Shown here: piece by piece, positions 9,695-19,088 of the stretch
Position numbering within the stretch: position 1 is the first letter of the stretch
Layout of the letters: each line of letters opens with the position of its first letter
Source: Spirochaetaceae bacterium
Lineage (GTDB): Bacteria > Spirochaetota > Spirochaetia > DSM-2461
Direction: 5' to 3'
Length of the DNA stretch: 64,000 nucleotides
NCBI GenBank assembly: GCA_965232165.1
Contig: CBDDOY010000002.1
Coordinates: forward strand, 479,478-543,477
Notes under the pieces: generated by a model
The model's database searches: none
Told to the model about the DNA's origin: nothing
Seen by the model: only the letters and a program-made list of their open reading frames with translations
Translations under genes and position numbers: made by a program

Positions 9695-9889
9695 GGGCAC
9701 CTCTAAGAAACAGCTTTAACAACTTGACGACGAAAAAATTTTTTGTCGATACAAGGCGGCCTGTCTGCGTGCGGACACGCACAGGCAGGCAAAAGCGGAG
9801 CTAGCTTAAGCTACGTGAGCATTTTGACAACACAGTGGCGGCGGAAAAGTTCGAGTCAAGAACTAAATGGGGTTTTTTTAGAGGTGCCC
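9695..9889 (+). mobile_element. MITE copy 1 (195 bp, carries a 30-bp hairpin insertion)
   Basis: TIR GGGCACCTCTAA...TTAGAGGTGCCC. Flanks TCTA/TGTA. Internal sequence is shared with the copies at 31806 and 40362. Confidence 0.85.
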
Positions 9890-10230
9890 TGTATTCAAAG
9901 CGAGGATACAACGTGGTGGATGGTTTATGTTGAGAATTCTCTCCGATATATTATGTTCGAGAATACGGCCGATAACTCTTTGACAAACGACCCTAATCAC
10001 CTCAACTGATTGTTTCCTCAGCCATGCGTCATGCAGAACATCTGTCTGTTTCCCGGCTAAAAGCAGCTCAGAAACATCATTCTCTCGCTGAGCGGCACCT
10101 GGCAAACATCTGCCTGAGCGGTAAGAACTCCGATTTCCCACTTTGCGGGGTTCTTGTTGCCGCGTTTTCGTGAAATCTCGCCCTCGACTGCAGTTTCGCG
10201 TTTATGTTCAAAGATAACCTATAACTCGGC

Positions 10231-11526
10231 TTAACTCCACTTTCCCATATCCAGTTCTTTTTCGCTTTTCGCCACCAGTACGGCTCCGGTCATATCCCCG
10301 GTGACGTTTACCGCTGTCCGTCCCATATCGAGGATGGCGTCGATTCCAAGAATCATGGCGTAGGCGGCGGCTACCGGTGTGCCCGCTTCCACGGGGAGAC
10401 CCACCGAATTCAGCACCATCAGGAGCATAATGGCTCCGGCCCCCGGTACTCCGGCGGTTCCAATAGAGGCCAGCACAGCGGTTAATATAACCGTAATCTG
10501 CTGCCCGAAGGTGAGGGGCATTCCGATGGCCAGTCCGATGAAGACGGCGCATACACCCTGATAGATCGCGGTGCCGTCCATATTGATGGTGGCCCCCAGG
10601 GGGAGGGTAAAGGAGTAGACTTTTTTATTCACCCCCAGGTTGGCATCCACACTGTTCATCGTTACCGGGAGGGTGCCGCTGCTGCTCCGGGTTACAAAGG
10701 CGGTTATAATCGCTTCCCTGGTCCCTCTGAAAAACCGTCCGGGGTTCAGGTTGTTCAGCATCAGCAGGCCAAAATAAACCACGACACAATGGAGGATATA
10801 GCCGATGTAGGAGGTGAGAGTCACCATTCCGAGAGCACCGATGGCTGCGGCTCCTTGTTTCGCGAATACCACCGCGATTAAGGCGAAAACGCCGACCGGG
10901 GCGTATTGGAGGATCCAGCGGACCACCATATACATAGTTTCTGCAGCACCGTCAAAAAAGGAGTAGAGCACCTCTCCTCCCTTTTGTTTTTTAGTATCTC
11001 TGCTTTCTTTCAAAAAGGCGATTCCTATTCCGAAGATAATGGAGAAGAAGATGACCGGCAGCACCTGCCCGTTGGTAATGGCGGAAAAGGGATTTTTCGG
11101 CACAATATTCAGCAGGGTATCTTTGAAGGCGGGCTTGATCAGCTCTCTTCCCGCCACGTCGGCAGCCGTTCCCAGAGCCAATCCCGCTCCCGGTCTGAAT
11201 AGGTTGGCCAGGAGCAGACCGATCGCCACGGCAAAAGCGGATGTGAAGAAATAGAATACGATAATTTTTATCCCCACCCGGCCGAGTTCTTTCGGGCTGA
11301 TGCTGGCAGCCCCGACAATAAGGGTAGAGAGGATAACCGGCAGAACAATCATTTTGAGCAGTCTGATAAAGAGGCTGCCCAGAGGATTCAGCCAGAGGAT
11401 TGATTCTCCGAAGATGATTCCGACGATGGCTCCCAAGATAAGACCGATTAGAATACGGAGCAGCAGATTGGATTTAAAATACCAGTCCATAGCCCCTTTT
11501 TTTCCGGGGGTGCTTGTGTTACTCAT
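10231..11526 (-). CDS. Dicarboxylate/amino acid:cation symporter (DAACS, GltP/GltPh-like)
   Basis: FVTRSSSGTLP, LPLGATINMDGT, LASIGTAGVPGAG and DMGRTAVNVTGD motifs. Confidence 0.93.
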   Translation of the reverse strand: MSNTSTPGKKGAMDWYFKSNLLLRILIGLILGAIVGIIFGESILWLNPLGSLFIRLLKMIVLPVILSTLIVGAASISPKELGRVGIKIIVFYFFTSAFAVAIGLLLANLFRPGAGLALGTAADVAGRELIKPAFKDTLLNIVPKNPFSAITNGQVLPVIFFSIIFGIGIAFLKESRDTKKQKGGEVLYSFFDGAAETMYMVVRWILQYAPVGVFALIAVVFAKQGAAAIGALGMVTLTSYIGYILHCVVVYFGLLMLNNLNPGRFFRGTREAIITAFVTRSSSGTLPVTMNSVDANLGVNKKVYSFTLPLGATINMDGTAIYQGVCAVFIGLAIGMPLTFGQQITVILTAVLASIGTAGVPGAGAIMLLMVLNSVGLPVEAGTPVAAAYAMILGIDAILDMGRTAVNVTGDMTGAVLVAKSEKELDMGKWS

Positions 11527-11906
11527 AAAAAACCTCCTGTTTTTTTCCATCTAACCATATTCGGAAGGGGGATGTATACTCTCCATTAGTAGGTTTTTTT
11601 CAGGGATAAACCGGTTTTTATACTCCATTTGGTGTATAACGCCTATTATTTGTACCCGTGTAAGGCCCTCCCTATTGTCCTCAATTAGAAGCGTGACAGG
11701 GACCTGAATACAAAGAAGAAGGAATAGCGGAAAAGTCGCCCGACCGGAGCCTGATAAGACGGGCCTGCCCGCGGCCTATGGCCGCTGCTCGGTATGCCGC
11801 AGAGAGGAGAAGCGGCTTTGCAGCGGGGGGAAGACCTTCCCCTTCAAATTCTTGGTTATGCGACGGGTGAATACAAAAGACAATGGGCTTTCGATGGAGA
11901 CTGAGA

Positions 11907-12545
11907 CTATGTCAATTTCTCTTCCAGCACTTTTTTCATAAATTCAACACGGGAACTTACATCAAGTTTGCGGTATATATGGAGAATGTGCTTCTTGACA
12001 GTGGAACTGGCGATATTGTGGATATCCCCGATCTCTCTGTAGTTGTAACCGTCCACAATTCCTTTAAGTATCTCCTTTTCCCGGGGGGTTAGGTTATAAT
12101 TCTGTTTCGATACGGTATCGTGGGTTTTTCTGAATTCCTGAAGGAGTTTGCGGGCCGCTCCGGGGCTTATGGGGGATCCGCCGGAGGCCATGGTTTTAAT
12201 TTGATTGATAAGCTCTCCCGGCTCCGTGTTTTTCAGAATATATCCGGTTGCACCGGCGGTAAAGGCATTGAGAATCCGGTTCTCGTCTTCAAATATGGTG
12301 AGAATTAGAATATCCGCCTTAGGGCAGTGCTCCTTCAGAATCTCCGTCGCTTCTATGCCGCTCATCCCCGGAAGACCGATATCCATTAGGAAAATATCGG
12401 GAGGGGGGAATTCGTCCAGTTCTTCAAGCATTTTTTCCGCGTTTTCAAAGGTGGCGGCAACGTGAATTTCCTTATCCATATTTAAAAGGTAGCGAAGCCC
12501 TTCCCTCACTTCCTGAAGGTCTTCCACAATAACGATCCTGATCAT
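11907..12545 (-). CDS. NarL/LuxR-family response regulator
   Basis: Receiver domain (IVIVED, LMDIGLPGMSG) and C-terminal LTPREKEIL...TVKKHILHIYRKLDV HTH. Confidence 0.93.
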   Translation of the reverse strand: MIRIVIVEDLQEVREGLRYLLNMDKEIHVAATFENAEKMLEELDEFPPPDIFLMDIGLPGMSGIEATEILKEHCPKADILILTIFEDENRILNAFTAGATGYILKNTEPGELINQIKTMASGGSPISPGAARKLLQEFRKTHDTVSKQNYNLTPREKEILKGIVDGYNYREIGDIHNIASSTVKKHILHIYRKLDVSSRVEFMKKVLEEKLT

Positions 12546-14321
12546 GAACTTTCCGCCTCTCCTGTGGGAAGGGTAAAATGATACCACGTTCCTTTCCCCG
12601 CTTTGGAATGAAGCTTCATGGTTCCCCCCATCTTTTCAACCCGGCCGGATATATTGGATAATCCGAACCCTGTTTCCTGGGGGGCACTGCGGTCGAATCC
12701 TATCCCGTTGTCCTCAAAGGAGAACCGCAGATTTTTTTCTTTTATATCCATGGTGATGGTTACCCGGCGGGCATCCGCGTGTTTTAATACATTGGTGGTC
12801 AGTTCCTGAAGCAGTTTTTCCAGATGGAGCCGGAGGTCTCTGTTCAATTTGTTGATCTCGTCGGAGGATTTGGTTTTAAAGCTGAGGGTTATCCCTTTCA
12901 GCTTTAGCCGATCCTCTATATTCACCCGCATGAAGTGGACAAAATTAATGGAAACCTTTCGGGGAGATTGAAAATCGAAGATAATGCGCTGCAGATCTTC
13001 AATCCCCGATTTTACGTTTTTTTCAATATGGTTAAGCATGTCCTGCAGCACAGAGGCGTCAGCAGGGTAGGCTTTTTGAGCCACCTGATTGCTTATATTG
13101 ATATTGGTGAGCCTGGCTCCCAGGGAGTCGTGGAGGTCTGCAAAAATCCGTTCCTTCTCTTCAAGAATCCTTAAAAGGGAGTTTTCCTGCTGCAGCTTAA
13201 TCAAGTCTTCCGTTCTTTCCCGGACTTTATCTTCCAGAATTTTGGCGGATTCTTCCGCTTTGTCGGATAATCCGTTGAACAGCTCCGCCATCATCCCGAA
13301 TTCATCCCTCCTTTCCAGATTTATCCGGGCCTTTATATCTCCCCCTTTCCTTTCTTCTAATGTGGAAATAATGCTTTCCAGGGGTGAGGTGATCATCCTC
13401 CAGGTAATGGAAATAATCAGGATAATTAAAATAACCATAAAAAGGATATTGGCTAAGAGAATAATCCGGACATTCTGATAAGATAAAGCCATGAGATCCT
13501 TATAATCGGTAGCAACCAGAACCTTCCAGCCGGTCACGTTGCTTTTCTTATAAGAAAGGAAGGTTTTTTTCCCATAAATGTTCTTTATAAGGGAACCCTC
13601 ATCCTCTCTTATCGAATCTGCATAAGGAAAAAAAAGGAGTTCTTTCCGGTTTCCTTCTATTCTATTCACCTGGTCTACAAGAATTTGATTTTTATGGTTT
13701 AAAAGGATAATTTTTCCCTGTTCCTGAAACTTCAGATCGGAAATGATATTGGAAAGGCTTTCAAAAATAATATCAATTCCCAAAACTCCGGTGAATTCAC
13801 CTGAAAAGTTGTAAACAGGAATAACAGCGGTGATTCCCAGGGCCTGAATGCTGGCATAGATATAGGGTTCGGAGATGGTGTAGTCCCCCGCTTTTACCGC
13901 AGTTTTGTACCACGGTCTCTCCCGTGGATCGTAATCCGGAGGAAATACAGGCTCATTATTAACAAGTCCTTCCCCAATTCCCCATTCGTGCATCTCTCCC
14001 CTGGCGGTGCCAAGGTAGATCGCCCGGATATACTCATTCCTCCATTTAACAATAGACAGAAAAATATTCTGCATCAGGATGGTATCCGGTTCCATTACGG
14101 GGTAAAACTCTGATACAGAGCGGGTTAACTGTTCTATTTCGATAAAGAACCGTTCAATTTTATGGTTTGTCTCATCCAGAATCAAAGTGGAAATTTCGTG
14201 AGCGGCAGTAAGGGCGTGGATTCTTCATCAACCGGTAACTCAAAAACAGAAAGGCTCCCCAGAAAATCATAACGGCCAGGGCAATAGCCAGGGTGTATTT
14301 TACTTGAATGCTTTTGAACAT
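12542..14321 (-). pseudogene. Cache-HAMP-HisKA_3 sensor histidine kinase with N-terminal frameshift
   Basis: ORF 12542-14185 has YDPRERPWY (Cache), HAMP (DEFGMMAELFN), DLHDSLG and EDNGIGF. The first TM segment MFKSIQVKYTLAIALAVMIFWG (ATG 14321) is in another frame. Shift at ~14220. Confidence 0.8.
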
Positions 14322-14484
14322 TTTCTCTAGGATATACCATTTTTTACCATCCGTAAAATAAAAGAGGAAAGAAATGTTCTTCCACGCCCCTTCTTTGTGC
14401 CGCCGTGTCTCAGTGTGAAGCATTTCCCATAAATAGAACCGCCTCTGAGTAAACAAAGGCGGCGTAATCGTTTCTTACAAGAGA

Positions 14485-14907
14485 TTAATGGTCTTTCTTG
14501 GAAGAATTGATAATATCCTGGGCGATTTTTCCTGAAACAGGGCCGTAATGGCTGAATTCCATATCGAATGCCCCGTTCCGGAGGTTCTGGAGCGTAGATT
14601 GATGGAATACCTCATCAACTCGCCCTGGGGAACCCGAGCCTTAATGGCCTGTATTCCCCCATCCGCAGCGGCTTGATCCTAGGCCCTGTTTTGCAGAGAG
14701 GTCAGAAAGTACATACCCCATGTACTGTCCGTCAACATACACCGTCATGTTCATAATGGGCTCCAGAAGGGGGGCTTTTCAAAAGCCGGCTTTGAGGCGT
14801 TTTTCCCGCCAGTTAAAAACCATTTCCGAAGAATCGGCAGAATGCTCCTTTTTGTCGAAAACAGCGACTCCCGCGTCCTCCATGAAATAACCCGCTACGT
14901 CCCTTTA
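14485..14907 (-). pseudogene. Elongation factor G paralogue, C-terminal fragment (domains IV-V)
   Basis: Manual translation gives VAGYFMEDAGVAVFDKKEHSADSSEMVF / LLEPIMNMTVYVDGQYMGYVLSDLS / IKARVPQGELMRYSINLRSRTSG / FDMEFSHY. It is frameshifted and its 5' part ends at the MITE edge. Confidence 0.75.
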
Positions 14908-15099
14908 GGGCACCTCTTAGAAACCGCTTCTGGAATTTGGCGCAGCTATTTTTCTTCGATGCAAGGCTCCAAGAATTCAAGCGCAACTGGGTTACGTGAG
15001 CTTTTTGGCAGCGCAGTAGCGGCCTGTCTGCGTGCAGAACATGCACAGGCAGGCGAAAGAGAGCAGGCCAGAAACGGAATGGATTTTTTAGAGGTGCCC
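14908..15099 (+). mobile_element. MITE copy 2 (192 bp, divergent interior, hairpin insertion)
   Basis: TIR GGGCACCTCT...AGAGGTGCCC. The 4-bp flanks do not match (TTTA/TAAA). Confidence 0.8.
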
Positions 15100-15286
15100 T
15101 AAATCAATTACATTAAATGTTCACTCAAGCCTGGATGCTGTCGGTCTAACCGCAGCAGTTGCAGCTAGGCTTTCTGTAGATGGCATCAGTGCAGACATCG
15201 TCGCAGAATATCATCATAACCATATTTTTGTAGAGGCTGAATTTTCTGAGAGAGCGCTTGAATCATTGATTGAATTAACAAATTGA
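15100..15286 (+). pseudogene. ACT-domain protein C-terminal fragment
   Basis: KSITLNVHSSLDAVGLTAAVAARLSVDGISADIVAEYHHNHIFV, with no start codon. It begins at the MITE edge. Confidence 0.65.
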
Positions 15287-15304
15287 CTTGATGCTCAGGG
15301 TGAA

Positions 15305-16363
15305 TTAAACAATTCTCTCTATAAACCTGACTGCTTCATCCATTGTTTCATCCCAATTTTGAAAAGTCGCGGCTTTTTCTGACAAGGCTGCGGACATTTT
15401 TCTTAATACCTCGGGATTATCAATTAAATCCCTGAGAAGCCGTTCCAGTAGGCCGTCATCTCCGGGGGAAACAAGAAATCCGCTTATTCCGTCCTCAATT
15501 ATCTCCGAAGCTCCGCCATTGTTTGACGCAATCGGAACAACTCCAGCCTTCAGAGCCTCAAGATAAATTATCCCGAAACCCTCCCAATCAGACGGGGATA
15601 TAAGAATATGGGCTTCGGCAAAGAATCCGGCAAGCTGCTCATTTGTTACCCTTCCGCTGTAGACTATCTGTTTATCTTCCTCAAATTCCGCTGACAATCT
15701 GTGAAGTATTTTCATGTAAGCCGGGTCATTATCTTCTGAGCCGCAGATATTGAGCTGCCATTTTTTTCCTGATATCTTTTTCAATACCCTTAGAACCATC
15801 TCAAGTTTTTTTCTCGGTATAAGATTTCCGGCAAATAATAATTTAAGTCTGCCAGAGTATACCCGGCTGCCTTCTCTATGAGGTAGATTATCCTTTCCCG
15901 GATAGATGATTTTGTAATATTCGATCTCTTTTTTCAGGAGCTTATTGACAGTCTGCAAGGTGCTGTTACTGTTTATGATATAGGCATCGCATCCGCCTAA
16001 AAACCATTTTTCAATTTTTCTCGTTATGATCTTGAATAATAAATTCATCTTCTCTTCAGATCGAAGATGATGAACCACCGAGATGATGGGTGCCCTTATT
16101 CCCGATTTCAGCCTCTTATTAATCAAAAAAAGACTCGTATGATTTAGCTCATCCTCTATTATCAGAGCCGGGGCATATTTTTTAACCTTGAAAAATAGAC
16201 TGTTTGAATTTTCAAAAAGACGGGTTATGAAGCCTCCTTCCCTCTGGGAAAAGACTTTCACATCATGTCCCCGCATCAACAAACTGTCGATTAGGCGCCT
16301 GTCGTACAGGAAGCCTCCGGAGCGCTCATCAGGTTCTCCGTAGAGAATAAACGCTATTCTCAT
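15305..16363 (-). CDS. Glycosyltransferase family 4 (GT-B)
   Basis: SGGFLYDRRL N-terminus, GNLIPRKKL, and EGFGIIYLEA (EX7E) motif. Confidence 0.9.
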   Translation of the reverse strand: MRIAFILYGEPDERSGGFLYDRRLIDSLLMRGHDVKVFSQREGGFITRLFENSNSLFFKVKKYAPALIIEDELNHTSLFLINKRLKSGIRAPIISVVHHLRSEEKMNLLFKIITRKIEKWFLGGCDAYIINSNSTLQTVNKLLKKEIEYYKIIYPGKDNLPHREGSRVYSGRLKLLFAGNLIPRKKLEMVLRVLKKISGKKWQLNICGSEDNDPAYMKILHRLSAEFEEDKQIVYSGRVTNEQLAGFFAEAHILISPSDWEGFGIIYLEALKAGVVPIASNNGGASEIIEDGISGFLVSPGDDGLLERLLRDLIDNPEVLRKMSAALSEKAATFQNWDETMDEAVRFIERIV

Positions 16364-16740
16364 TTCAGAGGCTGTTCCCAGGATGCCCAGGCAGAATCAT
16401 TTTCCCAGAGTCTTACTTCAATTGAATTGACAGTGTCTCCGCCGATTTTACCCGCAATCTCTGCGGCAATAATTCTGCTGAAGAGTTCGAGAGACGGATT
16501 AGTATCCTTGAAGGCGGGTAATTCATTGAGTGTTTTGTCTTCATAGAGATCAATCACCTGTTTCAGAATCTGTTCAACCAGAACAAGGTCTGCAAGATAG
16601 TTGTGCTCATCGAGTTTGCCGCCTATTAATCTGAGTTCCAGCTCGTAGGAGTGGGAATGCAGACTGTTCTCCGTGCCCCAGTCTCCTCCAGTCAGGAAAT
16701 GCTGTGCTATGAACTTTCTTTTTAAACATAATTTATGCAT
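16360..16740 (-). CDS. 6-pyruvoyl-tetrahydropterin synthase family (COG0720), atypical non-QueD subtype
   Basis: AQHFLTGGDWGTENSLHSHSY...LNELPAFKDTNPSLELF...VRLWE. It lacks the CxxxHGH signature of QueD. Confidence 0.85.
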   Translation of the reverse strand: MHKLCLKRKFIAQHFLTGGDWGTENSLHSHSYELELRLIGGKLDEHNYLADLVLVEQILKQVIDLYEDKTLNELPAFKDTNPSLELFSRIIAAEIAGKIGGDTVNSIEVRLWENDSAWASWEQPLK

Positions 16741-16744
16741 CTTT

Positions 16745-17725
16745 CTACCTCATATCAAGGACAACCTGGAGATATTCACCCCCCGGTTCATCAATTATTT
16801 TGTAGGCATCGGCGGCCTTTTCAAATTTAATTTCATGGGTAATCCATGAAGAATACTGATTAGCGGCGAGCCATTTTATGGCGGTGTTCATCCGTCTTTT
16901 GTAATCCCATCGGCCTCTTAAAGCCGGTGCTATGCCCGATACCTGACTGCTGATTATACGAAGCCTTTTTCTGTGAAACTGGCTGCCGAGTTCAAGGCAG
17001 ACCTTTTTACTTCCATACCATGAGCCGGCCAATATTCTCCCGTCATAATGCGCATGTTCAAGACAGGATTGCAGGGCTGCCGGGTTTCCTGACAATTCCA
17101 GGCTGAGATCATAATTTTCCGGAATTTCAGAAGCGGTAAGGGCCGCATCCTCAATATCAGAAGCAAAATCACGGCGATACCGGCTGGGATCAACTATCGT
17201 AAGATTCTCGAGAGGGAAGCCTGACAGCATTCTGGCTGTGATCTGACCGATGATACCCAGGCCGTAGAGGCAGACTCTCTCCCCCATTATGGGTGCCGAG
17301 TCATGGATGAAGGTTACCGCTGTCTCGCAATTAGGGATAAGAACGCATAACTCAGGTGAGATATCATCCGGCAGGAATATCAGCCGGTCAACACTCACTG
17401 CCGTCCAGTCCTGATGCGGATGAAAAATTAGTACTTTTCTACCCTCCATCCAGCTATTGTCTCTGTCTCCGGTGGTTACGACTTCCCCGATTAAGATATA
17501 ACCGTAGGGGAAGGGGTACTTTGCTTCACGGCGAAGTTCTTCGATTGATTCGTCCAGCAGAAGATTTTCCGGAAACTCACCCCTATAGGCCAATCTTTCG
17601 GTACCGGCACTGATACCGCAGTACAGGGCATGAACAAGTGCCTCATCTGTTGAGAGTTTGCCAATTGATACATCGGTAACGGTAATTTCTCCCGGTTTAA
17701 CAAACTGCAGCCTTCTGGCCGTCAT
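16745..17725 (-). CDS. MDR-superfamily (zinc-binding alcohol dehydrogenase-like) oxidoreductase
   Basis: GISAGTE, YPFPYGY, FHPHQ, GLGIIG Rossmann motif, ELSGNPAAL, FHRKRLRIISSQV. Confidence 0.85.
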   Translation of the reverse strand: MTARRLQFVKPGEITVTDVSIGKLSTDEALVHALYCGISAGTERLAYRGEFPENLLLDESIEELRREAKYPFPYGYILIGEVVTTGDRDNSWMEGRKVLIFHPHQDWTAVSVDRLIFLPDDISPELCVLIPNCETAVTFIHDSAPIMGERVCLYGLGIIGQITARMLSGFPLENLTIVDPSRYRRDFASDIEDAALTASEIPENYDLSLELSGNPAALQSCLEHAHYDGRILAGSWYGSKKVCLELGSQFHRKRLRIISSQVSGIAPALRGRWDYKRRMNTAIKWLAANQYSSWITHEIKFEKAADAYKIIDEPGGEYLQVVLDMR

Positions 17726-18432
17726 GGAGTCTCCTTATCTATCAGGCATATCCGATCTCTTCCTGCTTCTAACCAGCGGGAAGCTCCTGCTCTCAGCGGA
17801 GTGCCGAGAGTACTTGATGCGAGCAGATTATAACCGCCTAAAAACATCGGGCTTACAGTAACTGCCATCTTGTCCCATAAGCCCGATGCAAGAAAGGAAC
17901 GCAGAATTCCTGCTCCTCCCTCAACCATCAGGAGGCGGATTCCTCTTGCATAAAGGTTCTTTAATACTCCCGGAAATGATAAGCCCTCATCCTTCAAACC
18001 TGCCGACAAGATTAAGGCCCCTGCCTTCTCTAATGACAGCTTCTTTTCTTCATCAGTATCAGGTCCACAGAAGATTATCGGATGTCTGCGGCCTCCGAGA
18101 GCATTCGCAGCAGGAGGTGTTCTCAACTTTGAATCAAGGATTACCGGTACAGGATTGTTCCCTTCTACCAGCCGGACAGATAATCTGGGATTGTCCGATA
18201 GGATGGTGCCTATTCCAACCATAATGGCATCGCAGTAAGCTCTGATATAATGCACGAATTTCATTGATTCATTACAACTGATTGATGTCGGCCTGCCGGA
18301 TCCGGTGCTTAGCGAGCCGTCTAGGGACAGTGCAAAGCTGAGAATTACCTGCGGCTTATCCGGCCTGCCAGAGTTTGCTGATGATTGAAGCCAGTTTTCT
18401 ATTTCTGTTAAGGCCGGCCTGCTGCGATCCAT
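17722..18432 (-). CDS. Stand-alone RibD C-terminal-type pyrimidine reductase
   Basis: ALSLDGSL, HYIRAYCDAIMVGIGTILSDNPRLSVR, LMVEGGAGI. No deaminase domain. Confidence 0.85.
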   Translation of the reverse strand: MDRSRPALTEIENWLQSSANSGRPDKPQVILSFALSLDGSLSTGSGRPTSISCNESMKFVHYIRAYCDAIMVGIGTILSDNPRLSVRLVEGNNPVPVILDSKLRTPPAANALGGRRHPIIFCGPDTDEEKKLSLEKAGALILSAGLKDEGLSFPGVLKNLYARGIRLLMVEGGAGILRSFLASGLWDKMAVTVSPMFLGGYNLLASSTLGTPLRAGASRWLEAGRDRICLIDKETP

Positions 18433-19079
18433 TATCTGGTTTTATTGATGTCAATTAAATGATTCATACGGACGGCCTTGGTCTCGATATATCTGCGGTT
18501 ATCTTTGAGAATTTCTATTTCAATTGGAACTCGTTCGGTTATATTGATTCCATGATTTTCGAGACCCTCAATCTTTGCAGGATTATTGGTTATAAGTCTG
18601 ATATCGTTGAGCCCCATTTCCTTCAAAATAAACGCCCCTATGCTGTAATCTCTGCAATCGGCACCATGACCCAGCGCAATATTGGCGTCTACGGTATCCA
18701 TGCCGGCATCCTGTAGATTGTATGCTTTCAGCTTTTCAGTCAATCCAATTCCTCTGCCTTCCTGCCGCAGATAGATTACAGCACCTTTCTCTTCCAAGCT
18801 GATCATCTGCAGTGAGGCTGCAAGCTGAGGGCCGCAGTCACATCTGAGTGAGCCTAGAACGTCACCGGTAAAACATTCTGAATGAATTCTTATCAGTGGC
18901 GGTTTTCCTTCATTTAAATTGCCGAGGATGAAGGCCATATGCTCCTTTCCTGTGTCGGGGTCATGATACAGGCGGAGTTGGAACTCTCCATATTCTGTCG
19001 GGATTCTGGATATGACTATATTTTCGATTTTTGCTTCACGCAGCATTTTTTTGTCCTGTCTTTTGAGTTTAACACTCAC
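18432..19079 (-). CDS. ribA: GTP cyclohydrolase II
   Basis: RIHSECFTGDVLGSLRCDCGPQL, YLRQEGRGIGL, LITNNPAK. Confidence 0.92.
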   Translation of the reverse strand: MSVKLKRQDKKMLREAKIENIVISRIPTEYGEFQLRLYHDPDTGKEHMAFILGNLNEGKPPLIRIHSECFTGDVLGSLRCDCGPQLAASLQMISLEEKGAVIYLRQEGRGIGLTEKLKAYNLQDAGMDTVDANIALGHGADCRDYSIGAFILKEMGLNDIRLITNNPAKIEGLENHGINITERVPIEIEILKDNRRYIETKAVRMNHLIDINKTR

Positions 19080-19088
19080 TGGCTTTGT

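Noticed and set aside
9890-10200. ORF fragments right of MITE copy 1 (9743-10009, 9878-10141)
   Set aside because: They start inside or read into the MITE and show no recognisable family. Probably a relic, but unassignable.
11730-11850. GC-rich structured-looking stretch upstream of the DAACS transporter as a riboswitch
   Set aside because: I could not match it to glycine, lysine, SAM or other riboswitch consensus by eye. An Rfam cmscan would settle it.
16360-16740. queD (queuosine pathway)
   Set aside because: The CxxxHGH motif is absent and no queC, queE or queF is nearby.
17722-19079. Riboflavin biosynthesis operon
   Set aside because: Only ribA and a reductase domain are present. There is no deaminase, ribB, ribH, ribE or FMN riboswitch, and the neighbours point to another pathway.
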